A DNA stretch of 64,000 bases from Chloroflexota bacterium (lineage in GTDB: Bacteria > Chloroflexota > Dehalococcoidia > Lucifugimonadales > UBA3495), in the NCBI GenBank assembly GCA_027623675.1, contig JAQBVF010000007.1:45675-109674 (forward strand), read 5' to 3'. Under the pieces are notes generated by a model. That model worked only from the letters and a program-made list of their open reading frames with translations. It made no database searches and was not told the origin of the DNA. The translations under genes and the position numbers were made by a program. Below, in pieces: positions 56,010 through 64,000 of this stretch. How positions within the stretch are numbered: position 1 is the first letter of the stretch; each line of letters opens with the position of its first letter.

Positions 56010-56170
56010 ATTATCGCTCTAGCGTTGATCTCGCCGCTCGTCCTGAGGCTCTCGAAGGACGCGCACCAGTCAGGTTCCTGGTCAAGAATAACTGGGTCCA
56101 TCCACAGCGGTGGTTCGACGGGGCTCACCATGAGCGGTCCTCCTCTTTAATTTCCTCGACAATGGAAAGA
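56010..56170. repeat. Dispersed MITE/REP-like element, family B, copy 2
   Basis: Colinear with 446-604; internal inverted repeat CCGCTCGT..TGAG...CTCA..ATGAGCGG (56034-56137). Confidence 0.8.
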
Positions 56171-56285
56171 CCCCGTCAACCGGCCTCCGAAGTTCCTCAG
56201 GTTGTTCCGCGGGTTATAATGGGCCAACTTTCCGGGCCGACGGGGCGAACCCCGGGCAGGGCGATTCAGGGAAAGCAGGCCAGAT

Positions 56286-57665
56286 ATGCCAGAATCCACG
56301 ACCAAGATAGAACACGCCCGTTACATAGTTACCATGGACCCGGAGCGCCGCATCATCTCCGACGGCAGTGTGGTTGTCCAGGGAGACCGAATCTTGCAGG
56401 TCGGTAAGGCCGGCGAATCGGCCGGAATGGCGGCGGACCGGGTGATAGACGGCCGCGACATGGTCTTGGTGCCGGGGTTCGTCAACGGGCACATGCACAT
56501 CAGCTACGCCCACGCCACCAGGGGAATCTTCCCCGACGACCTGGGGTCGGCCTACCTGCCCAACGTGTTCAAACTCCAGGCGGTGATGACCGCGGAGGAG
56601 GAGTTCCACACCAGCCTGCTGGCAATCACCGAACTCCTCAAGTACGGCACCACCACCTTCTTGGACCCCGGCAGCACCAAGAATCTCGGCCGGTGCCTGG
56701 ACGCCTACCGGCAGGCAGGGTGCCGAATCATCGTGGGCGCCCACGTGACCGACCGGCCCAACCCGTTGAACCTGCCGGTCTCGTCCACCGCCGACGCCAT
56801 CAGCACAGTTGAAGCGACGCTCCAAGAGTTCGACGGACAGCTGGATGGCCGGGTCCGCGCCTGGGCCATGCCCTTCGCGCCCAATCTCTGCTCCGATGAA
56901 TTGCTCATCGCCTGCAAACGGCTGGCCGACCAGTACGGTACAGGGCTGACCCTGCATTACAATAACGGCGACAATTACGTGCAAACCAGCCTCAAAGAAA
57001 CGGGGCTCCGGCCCACCCAGTATCTGGAGAAGCTGGGCATCCTGGGCGGAAACGTTACGCTGTCCCACATGCTTGGCGTGGACGAAAGCGAAGTTGAGAC
57101 GCTGGCCCGCACCGGGACCAGGGCGGTGGTGGTGCCCACGGCGGCGGTCAAGGGCGGCGCGGGCATGACCCGATCCGGACTGCTCCCCGAAATGTTGGAC
57201 GCGGGCATGACCGTGGGCATCGGCACCGACGCCGGCAACAACTCCAACATCCTGGAGACCAACCGGTCCATGTACCTGATCGCTGTGCTGTATAAGGACG
57301 CACGGCAGGACTCCCGCGTCATCCCCGCCGAGACGGCCCTGGAGATGGCGACCATCCAGGGGGCCAAGGCTCTAGGTCTGGACCACGAGATCGGCTCGGT
57401 TGAGCCTGGCAAGAAGGCGGACCTGGTGCTCTACGACACCCGTAGCGCCGAATGGCAGACGCTGTTTAATCCGGTGAACAGCTTGGTCTACAATGCCGAT
57501 GGCCGGAGCGTCCACACGGTGATGGTGGACGGCAAGGTCGTCGTGGAGGACCACAAGCCGCTGTTCGTTGACGAATGGGAGTTGGCCCAGAAGGTTCAGG
57601 GCATCGGCGAGGATATGCTAGCCCGGACCGGCCTTTCGTTCCCTTCCCGTTGGCCGATCATTTAA
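56286..57665 (+). CDS. Amidohydrolase family deaminase/chlorohydrolase (MtaD/AtzA-like)
   Basis: PGFVNGHMH, GTTTF, LH, SH, GIGTD, ATIQGAKALG, GSVEPGKKADL. Confidence 0.92.
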   Translation: MPESTTKIEHARYIVTMDPERRIISDGSVVVQGDRILQVGKAGESAGMAADRVIDGRDMVLVPGFVNGHMHISYAHATRGIFPDDLGSAYLPNVFKLQAVMTAEEEFHTSLLAITELLKYGTTTFLDPGSTKNLGRCLDAYRQAGCRIIVGAHVTDRPNPLNLPVSSTADAISTVEATLQEFDGQLDGRVRAWAMPFAPNLCSDELLIACKRLADQYGTGLTLHYNNGDNYVQTSLKETGLRPTQYLEKLGILGGNVTLSHMLGVDESEVETLARTGTRAVVVPTAAVKGGAGMTRSGLLPEMLDAGMTVGIGTDAGNNSNILETNRSMYLIAVLYKDARQDSRVIPAETALEMATIQGAKALGLDHEIGSVEPGKKADLVLYDTRSAEWQTLFNPVNSLVYNADGRSVHTVMVDGKVVVEDHKPLFVDEWELAQKVQGIGEDMLARTGLSFPSRWPII

Positions 57666-57687
57666 CCAAGATATAGGGAGACATAAG

Positions 57688-58401
57688 ATGTCCCAATTAG
57701 TTCTGATCCACGGGCCCGGCGCCGGCGGATGCGCCGCCGGTTTTCAATATCAATTGCAGCGCTTTCCAGGCAGCATCGCGCCCGAGTTGCCGGGGCACCT
57801 GGATGGTGGAGAGTCGCTGTCCACCGTGGCCGAGTACACCGAGTGGCTGCACGTCTGGCTCCACGAGCGCGGCCACAACAAGGGCCTGGTCCTATCAGGG
57901 TTCACCCTGGGGGCCTGTATCGGGCTGCAATACGCCCTAGACTACCCGGACGAGGTGGCCGGGTTGGTGCTAATGACCATCGCCATGCGTCCCAAACAGA
58001 GAGCGCCCGGCGGATTGGAATTCCGCCTCAACGCCGCCAAGGACGAGAAGGTACACAAGGAGTGGCTGGACGCCATGCGCCACACCCAGATGTTCATCGA
58101 CCCTAAATTGAGCGACCGGATGATCGAGTGTCACCGAAAGGTGGGGCCGCGGTCCCAATACAACGACCTGGTGACCATCGACAACTTCGATGTCCGGGAC
58201 CGTATCGGCGAGTTGAAGGCCCCGCTGACATTGATCAGGGGCGTGGACGACCCCGGCAAGCCTGCTGAATACGAGTTGGAGATACACCAAGCGGTGCCCG
58301 GCTCCAAGTACATCAAGCTGGAGCAGGCCGGCCATTTCCCCATGGCGGAACGGCCCGATGACGTGAATGCAGCCATAGAAGAGATGATGGCCCGGGCGTA
58401 G
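57688..58401 (+). CDS. Alpha/beta hydrolase-fold protein with an atypical GFTLG elbow
   Basis: LIHG, LPGH, SGFTLGACI, G.DD, AGHFP..E.P. Confidence 0.85.
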   Translation: MSQLVLIHGPGAGGCAAGFQYQLQRFPGSIAPELPGHLDGGESLSTVAEYTEWLHVWLHERGHNKGLVLSGFTLGACIGLQYALDYPDEVAGLVLMTIAMRPKQRAPGGLEFRLNAAKDEKVHKEWLDAMRHTQMFIDPKLSDRMIECHRKVGPRSQYNDLVTIDNFDVRDRIGELKAPLTLIRGVDDPGKPAEYELEIHQAVPGSKYIKLEQAGHFPMAERPDDVNAAIEEMMARA

Positions 58402-58528
58402 TAGTCATCCTCCGGCCTCGGGAGAGATTCTGACGATGAAGATTGTTGTTTCGAGAACCGGAGCGGGGACCGGCACTTTAAAGCACCTTCGGTCGACAAA
58501 CGGACTGACAAAGTTGGCGCGGCCGAAC

Positions 58529-59458
58529 TTAGACGTAGATTCCGGCGCCCGAAGAAGGAGAGTCGGAACTCTTGGCGGGGAGGTATTTCTGGTACCAGTC
58601 TAGGGTCTCTTTCATCACCTGACTGAAGGCCGGTTCTTTGTAGACCTCGTAGTGGCCGACCCCTTTCAGCATGACCAGCTTCTTGGGCTCGCCGGCGTGG
58701 GCGTATAGCTGCTCCGACTCCTCCGGCGGGACCAGCCGGTCGTCGTCGCTGGTGATGAACAAGATGGGCCGGGGGGAGATCTGGCCCACGATCCACTCCG
58801 GGTTGAAGCCGATGGTGTCGTCCACGTACTCCACGGGGATGGTTCCCACGGCGGCGGGGTTATTCCTCCGGGCGGCGGCGGCCAGTTCCGCCGACTGGCG
58901 GTCGGGCAGCAGTATGTCGGAGCGTTCCACCATCTCGGACCGGCCGGTCAGGGCCCGTTGCACGCGGTCCGACTTGGAATGTTCCAGCAGGTCGAACCAC
59001 TCGTCCATGCGCCGCACCCGGCTCATCCACCGGGCGCCGTGACCGATGCCCACCACGCTGACGATGCACTTGGCCCGCTTATCTACGGCCCCCACCCATG
59101 ACACTGTGGCGCCACCGTAGCTGGTGCCGTAGATACCGATGGCTTCTTCGTTGACCTCGGGCTGCACGCCCAGGAAGGTCATGGCAGCCTGAACGTCGGC
59201 CACCCGGCTGTAGGGCGCCAGACGGTTGGGGCTCTTTCCTTCGCTGTCGCCCCAACCCTTGTAGTCGAAGGTCATCACCACGTACCCGGCCTCATTCAGC
59301 ACGCGGGCGTTGTCGGGCAGGTACAGGTCTTTAACGCCGGTGTAGCCGTGGCACAGGAGCACCGCCGAGCGTGCCTCTCCGGCGGCCAGGCCCTCTGGGG
59401 TGTAGACATCGCCGCAAAGTTTGAATCCCTCGCTGTAAAACTCAACCGCGCGTTTCAT
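58529..59458 (-). CDS. Alpha/beta hydrolase (S15/AidA-like)
   Basis: CHGY, FDYKGWGDSEG, GTSYGG, DD.LVP, GH. Confidence 0.9.
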   Translation of the reverse strand: MKRAVEFYSEGFKLCGDVYTPEGLAAGEARSAVLLCHGYTGVKDLYLPDNARVLNEAGYVVMTFDYKGWGDSEGKSPNRLAPYSRVADVQAAMTFLGVQPEVNEEAIGIYGTSYGGATVSWVGAVDKRAKCIVSVVGIGHGARWMSRVRRMDEWFDLLEHSKSDRVQRALTGRSEMVERSDILLPDRQSAELAAAARRNNPAAVGTIPVEYVDDTIGFNPEWIVGQISPRPILFITSDDDRLVPPEESEQLYAHAGEPKKLVMLKGVGHYEVYKEPAFSQVMKETLDWYQKYLPAKSSDSPSSGAGIYV

Positions 59459-59502
59459 GTGATCGGCTCCTTTATGTTCCTTGCTGAGGGCTATTCGCCG
59501 GG

Positions 59503-60696
59503 CTATTCGTCCACATCTAGGCCTGCGGTTTGGAAATCGGCCTGGTCCAACCCGGCGAATCGTGAAGGCAGGAATGGTTCCATGGCGGTTGGGACCGTCT
59601 TGCAGCCACCCCGGATGTATTCGGTAACGACCTTGCCGGTGATGGGGCCAAGATGGATGCCCTTGGTGGTATGGCCGGTGGCCAGGACGACGCCCTGCTT
59701 GCCAGGCACCGGGCCGATGATCGGCACCCGGTCGGGACTGAGGGGCCGGGAGCCTGCCAATTGCTCCACCAAAGACGCGTTCTCCAGGTCTGGGAACACG
59801 TCTATGGCGCGCTGCATGATCTCCACTCGGGCCATCTCGGTGGGGACGCGGTCCATGTCCTCGCCCTGGTACAGTTGGTCATTGTCGTAGTCCCGGCCGC
59901 CGGTGCTGCCGACGCTGAGGAAGCCGTCCAGACGGCTGATCATGTGGCCCCGTTTGGGAGAACTGATCAGCACTTGCAGCGGGTCGCCATCGTACTTGAG
60001 CAGCAGGCGTTCGCCCTTCAGCGCGCCCACGGGGACAGGGAAACCCAGGTCGCGCTGGAACGGCGGGCTCCACAACCCGGCGGCTATCACCACCGTGCCG
60101 CAGGATAGGTCGCCGCTCTCGGTGCGCACGCCGGTGATCCGGTCGCCCTCGGAAAGCAGGCCGGTAACCTTGCGGAAGATGGTTTCGCCGCCCAGCTTCT
60201 CGGCCCCGGTGGCCAGGCTCAGGTTCAGGCGGTAGCTGTCCAACTGAGCGGACTCGTCTTCGTAGACCGCCCCGATGAGCGATGGCGTTAGCCTTGGCTC
60301 TATCTCGTGCACCTCGTCGGCGCTGATCCAGCGCATGGCCACATGCTCTTTCTGCCAGGTCATCAGTTCCTTTATCAGGTCTTCCTCGCTCTGTTCCAGG
60401 GCCAGACGCAGCGAGGGACGCCGCTGGTACAGCAGGTCCATACCCGTCGCCGATTCCAGTTCTTGGACCAGCGAGGGGAACTCCCGGTAACTGTCCAGGC
60501 CGAATTGAAAGGACGGCCCTGGGGTGAATTCCGTGCCCAGCAGGCTGATGAACCCGGTGGCGTGAGTGGATGAACCGCTGCCGATGGACTCGCGCTCCAG
60601 CAGGCCGACCTTGATGCCTTCCTTGGCTAGGTAGTAGGCCACCGAGCAGCCGACAACGCCAGCGCCGACCACCACTACGTCATAGTTCTCTGCCAT
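59503..60696 (-). CDS. FAD-dependent glycine/D-amino acid oxidase family (ThiO/DadA-like)
   Basis: VVGAGVVG, IAAGLWS, KGE, AGSRP.SPD..PIIG, ATGH..GI.LGP.TG. Confidence 0.92.
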   Translation of the reverse strand: MAENYDVVVVGAGVVGCSVAYYLAKEGIKVGLLERESIGSGSSTHATGFISLLGTEFTPGPSFQFGLDSYREFPSLVQELESATGMDLLYQRRPSLRLALEQSEEDLIKELMTWQKEHVAMRWISADEVHEIEPRLTPSLIGAVYEDESAQLDSYRLNLSLATGAEKLGGETIFRKVTGLLSEGDRITGVRTESGDLSCGTVVIAAGLWSPPFQRDLGFPVPVGALKGERLLLKYDGDPLQVLISSPKRGHMISRLDGFLSVGSTGGRDYDNDQLYQGEDMDRVPTEMARVEIMQRAIDVFPDLENASLVEQLAGSRPLSPDRVPIIGPVPGKQGVVLATGHTTKGIHLGPITGKVVTEYIRGGCKTVPTAMEPFLPSRFAGLDQADFQTAGLDVDE

Positions 60697-60787
60697 CTGA
60701 GGTGTAGCTCCAAAAGGGGGATTTCAGCGATTATGCGAGGGCCCATTGTAGCTGTCAACCATGCCTGCGCGGTGGGTTGAGAGGGAG

Positions 60788-61672
60788 CTACAGGCGGGGA
60801 GTATACGGTTCGGTGCCGGTTAGCCGGGCGCTTAGGTCCCACAGGGCGGCGGCTTGGGTTTCGTCGTAGCTGCGTTTGGACGAAGCAGCCTGCCGCTTCT
60901 TAACCAGGTACTTGCCTGAAACGCCTTCCATCTCCGGCGAAGATGCCACGTAGACCTGGGTCGCCGCGCCGTCATTGACATCGATGCCCTTGAAGCCAAG
61001 CAGGAAGTTGAGCACGCGGCCAAGGACCCCATTGTTCGCCAGGAAATTGGTGGCCACCAGGCCGGGATGGAGGGTGTTGGCGGTTACGCCGGTGCCCTCC
61101 AAGCGGCGGGCCAACTCGTAGGTGAAGAGAACGTTGCACAGCTTGGAATGTGAGTAGGCGCGGAATCCCCCATACCGTTTGGGAGAATGGATATCGCTCA
61201 GGTCGATCTTGGCCTTCATATGGGCCGAGGAAGCCACGTTGACCACCCTGGCCGGGGACGAAGCCTTCAACACGTCCAGCAGTAGGTCCGTCAGCAGGAA
61301 GGATGAGAGATGGTTCACGGCAAAGGTCATCTCGATGCCATCGACGGTGGTCTGCCGGGAGAGATTGATCGCGCCGGCGTTGTTGATCAGAACGTCCAGC
61401 CGACCGTAGCTATCCTGGAATTCGCTGGCCAGGCGGCGCACCTCGTCCTGGGAAGACAGGTCGGCAACCAGATAGCCGATCTTGGAATTGCGGCTTTCTT
61501 CCTGAACATACACGGTGGTGGCGACGCACTTGGCCCGGTCGCGCCCGGTCAAGACGACGTTGGCGCCCATCCGGGCCAGTTCCAATGCCGTCACCCGCCC
61601 GATTCCGGCGGTGGCGCCGGTAACCAAGCAAGTCTTGCCTGCCATCAGACCGGACTTAACGGATTCTTCCAT
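60788..61672 (-). CDS. SDR family oxidoreductase (retinol dehydrogenase-like)
   Basis: TGATAGIG, LINNAG, FAVNHL, YSHSKL, LHPG.V.T. Confidence 0.94.
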   Translation of the reverse strand: MEESVKSGLMAGKTCLVTGATAGIGRVTALELARMGANVVLTGRDRAKCVATTVYVQEESRNSKIGYLVADLSSQDEVRRLASEFQDSYGRLDVLINNAGAINLSRQTTVDGIEMTFAVNHLSSFLLTDLLLDVLKASSPARVVNVASSAHMKAKIDLSDIHSPKRYGGFRAYSHSKLCNVLFTYELARRLEGTGVTANTLHPGLVATNFLANNGVLGRVLNFLLGFKGIDVNDGAATQVYVASSPEMEGVSGKYLVKKRQAASSKRSYDETQAAALWDLSARLTGTEPYTPRL

Positions 61673-61856
61673 CAATGTTCAACCTTTCCAGTTGCTTTCC
61701 GGAACGTCCCGGCTTGAGAATCGTATCCTACTATCGATCCGGTTATTTAGTGTGCGGCAAATTGATTCCGGCACTATCAGGGAGTAACCTGTCATTCGGT
61801 ATTGTGGCCGTCAGCCCAAGCCTTCGGCGGAATTCCGGGTTTGAAAGGGTTCTCAG

Positions 61857-63104
61857 ATGCGTTTCGACTTACAACCGGTAACCGGGCCAGGCAGGCAGAT
61901 GGTGGAGTTGGCTGAGAAGCATGCCGCCGACTTCGCCACCAGGGCCGCCGAGCACGACCGCGACGGTACATTCGCCACCGAGAACATCACGGCCATGAAA
62001 CAGAGCGGGTTCGCGGCCGCGGCGGTGCCCAAGGAATTCGGCGGCATGGGAGTCACCTCGATCCATGACTGCATCGTGGCCATCAACCGGTTGGGCCGGG
62101 CCGAAGGGGCCACTCCGCTGGCTTTCACCATGCACCTGTTCCGCACGCTGAGTACGGTGCGAGCATTGCGCAACGCCATCGCCTCCGGGAACCGGATGCG
62201 CCAGCAGCGGTCTGAAGACATGCTGAAGAAGATCGGGGCTGGAGGTCTGTTCATCACGGTGGCCAACTCGGAGCGCGGCGCCAACATCCGTACCTCCAAG
62301 ACTCTGGCCACCAAGGTTGACGGCGGCTGGCTCTTCAACGGCGTGAAGACTTTTGCCACCGGTTCGCCTTCCGCCGACCTGCTGGCCGTGCGCGCCCGCT
62401 ACCGGAACGAGGCCGGGGAGGAGCGCATGGGGGCCGCCATTGTTCCAGTGGACCGACCGGGAGTCCAGATCATGGACAACTGGGACGGACTTGGCATGCG
62501 GGGCTCTGGCAGCCACGATGTTGTCTTCACCGATTATCCGGTCAAAGACGATGAGTTCGACGATATCGGCGAGTATGGGAAGTTCAACGCCCCGTTCCTG
62601 GCGGTGGCCTCCGGGTCGTCGCTGGGGCTGTCCTCCATCTTCCTGGGCATCGCCGAGACCGCCCACGATATAGCGGTGACCGCAATGAAGAACCGCGAAG
62701 AAGCAGCCTCGTATCCCATGAACCAAGCCACCGCCGCCGAGAGCGAAACCGGCCTGGCTGCCATGCGGGGCATCCTGGGCCGCGCCGCCCTTTCGTACGA
62801 CGACTTCTTCAACACCGCGGCGGGCGTCCATGACCCCAACCCGCTTCCGGTTCTCTCTGATATGGAAGCCTATGAGCTGATCAAGAACGCCGCCATGGCC
62901 AAGAAGTTTGTGATGGACACGGCCTGCGTCGTGGTCGATCAGGCGCTCACACTCTACGGAGGCGGCGGCTTTGTCGCCAACAGCACATTGGCCCGGCTCT
63001 ACCGGGATGTTCGGGCGGGCCCGTTCATGCAGCCCTGGGCGCGCAATCAGGCCATCGAACTCATCGGTAAGGTATCTTTGGGAGTCGACCCCAACGACGA
63101 GTAA
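61857..63104 (+). CDS. Acyl-CoA dehydrogenase family protein (possibly DszC/SfnB-type monooxygenase)
   Basis: RAAEHDR, VPKEFGG, NGVKTFATG, WDGLGMRGSGSHDV, GGGGF..LARLYRDVRAG. Confidence 0.9.
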   Translation: MRFDLQPVTGPGRQMVELAEKHAADFATRAAEHDRDGTFATENITAMKQSGFAAAAVPKEFGGMGVTSIHDCIVAINRLGRAEGATPLAFTMHLFRTLSTVRALRNAIASGNRMRQQRSEDMLKKIGAGGLFITVANSERGANIRTSKTLATKVDGGWLFNGVKTFATGSPSADLLAVRARYRNEAGEERMGAAIVPVDRPGVQIMDNWDGLGMRGSGSHDVVFTDYPVKDDEFDDIGEYGKFNAPFLAVASGSSLGLSSIFLGIAETAHDIAVTAMKNREEAASYPMNQATAAESETGLAAMRGILGRAALSYDDFFNTAAGVHDPNPLPVLSDMEAYELIKNAAMAKKFVMDTACVVVDQALTLYGGGGFVANSTLARLYRDVRAGPFMQPWARNQAIELIGKVSLGVDPNDE

Positions 63105-63156
63105 ACTAGCCATTTACTAAAGACAAAATTGCCGCGGCAAATTTCCCGGAGGAGCA

Positions 63157-64000
63157 ATGGCCGGACCGAAGATCACATTTGGCGTTAACCTCTCGGTGGA
63201 CGATTACTGGGACGTGCCCGAATTCGCCCGCCGGGCCGAGGGCTTGGGCTACGGCCGGGTGACCATGGGCGAGCACATCATGGACGGCAACCCGCCCCGC
63301 CCCACCCTGCTCAACCTGCCGGCGATGGCCGCCGCCGCTGGAGCCACCCGGAACCTGCGGGTTATGACCGGCATCGTCATCGCCCCCCTGTACCACCCGG
63401 TAACCCTGGCCAAGATGGTGGCCAGCGTCGACCAGGTCTCCGGAGGCCGGCTGGACTTCGGCATCGGCATCAGCGGACAGCGTGGCACCAAGATCGAGTT
63501 CGACGCGGTGGGCGTGGATGTCCACACCCGGGGCAAGCGCACCGACGAGATGCTGCGGGTGATGCAGCGGCTCTGGACCGAGGAGCATGTCGATCACCAC
63601 GGCAGGTTCTTCGATTTTGAAGACGTTACCCTGCTGCCCCAACCGGCGCAGAAGCCCTATCCGCCCATCTGGGTGTCGGGGCGCAGCGACGCGGCCATGC
63701 GGCGGGCGGCGCTGTTGGGTGACGGCTGGTATCCCTACCTGTTCACCGTGCGCCGCATTAAGGCCAGCAACGAGATGGTGCGCCAGATCGCCGCGGAAGC
63801 CGGCCGCGACCTGACCGGATTCAGATGGGGCTTGAACCAGCCCACCGCAATCTCCGCCGACGCCTCGGAGGCCAAGGCGCTGGCGGTCTCCAACGTGGGC
63901 GAACGCTACGTAACCGCCGAACGGAGCGCCGAGGACCTGGCCCAAGCGCTGTGCATCGCCGGCAACGCCGAAGACTGCATCAAAGCCGTGGAGGACCGCA
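63157..64000 (+). CDS. LLM-class oxidoreductase, truncated at the window end
   Basis: ATG 63157 after GGAGGAG: MAGPKITFGVNL..ARRAEGLGY...GEH..HPVTLAKMVASVDQVSGGRLDFGIG..PQPAQKPYPPIWVSG..GDGWYP. Absent from the ORF track. Confidence 0.92.
   Translation, partial: MAGPKITFGVNLSVDDYWDVPEFARRAEGLGYGRVTMGEHIMDGNPPRPTLLNLPAMAAAAGATRNLRVMTGIVIAPLYHPVTLAKMVASVDQVSGGRLDFGIGISGQRGTKIEFDAVGVDVHTRGKRTDEMLRVMQRLWTEEHVDHHGRFFDFEDVTLLPQPAQKPYPPIWVSGRSDAAMRRAALLGDGWYPYLFTVRRIKASNEMVRQIAAEAGRDLTGFRWGLNQPTAISADASEAKALAVSNVGERYVTAERSAEDLAQALCIAGNAEDCIKAVEDR

Overview
A 64-kb, GC-rich chromosomal segment. Its gene content suggests a Dehalococcoidia/SAR202-type Chloroflexota bacterium (inference from four LLM/luciferase-like monooxygenases, several amidohydrolases, SDRs, an amidase, a CoA-transferase and a GMC oxidoreductase). 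Housekeeping genes include dnaE, clpC, radA, panB, a guaB-family gene, moaD/moaE, ogt, tRNA-Pro(GGG) and a stand-alone 5S rRNA. The main hidden signal is three genes that the ORF track splits at an in-frame UGA, each followed by a SECIS-like hairpin: two UGSC-motif proteins (13542-14081, 38011-38553) and one deiodinase-like GSYT-U-PPF protein (16122-16862). Each UGSC gene lies upstream of a paralogous ~350-aa 'DGLPVxPPT' protein, which suggests a duplicated, uncharacterised two-gene selenoenzyme module. Also notable: an MscS channel fused to a trehalose-6-phosphate-phosphatase-like domain lacking its nucleophile Asp; a DnaE with an Asn/Gly linker and an acidic tail ending in an SSB-Ct-like DEPPF; decayed toxin-antitoxin genes; two families of dispersed MITE/REP-like repeats; and several intergenic tandem repeats. 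No CRISPR, integrase or transposase was seen. All calls come from reading the sequence; no database search was run.
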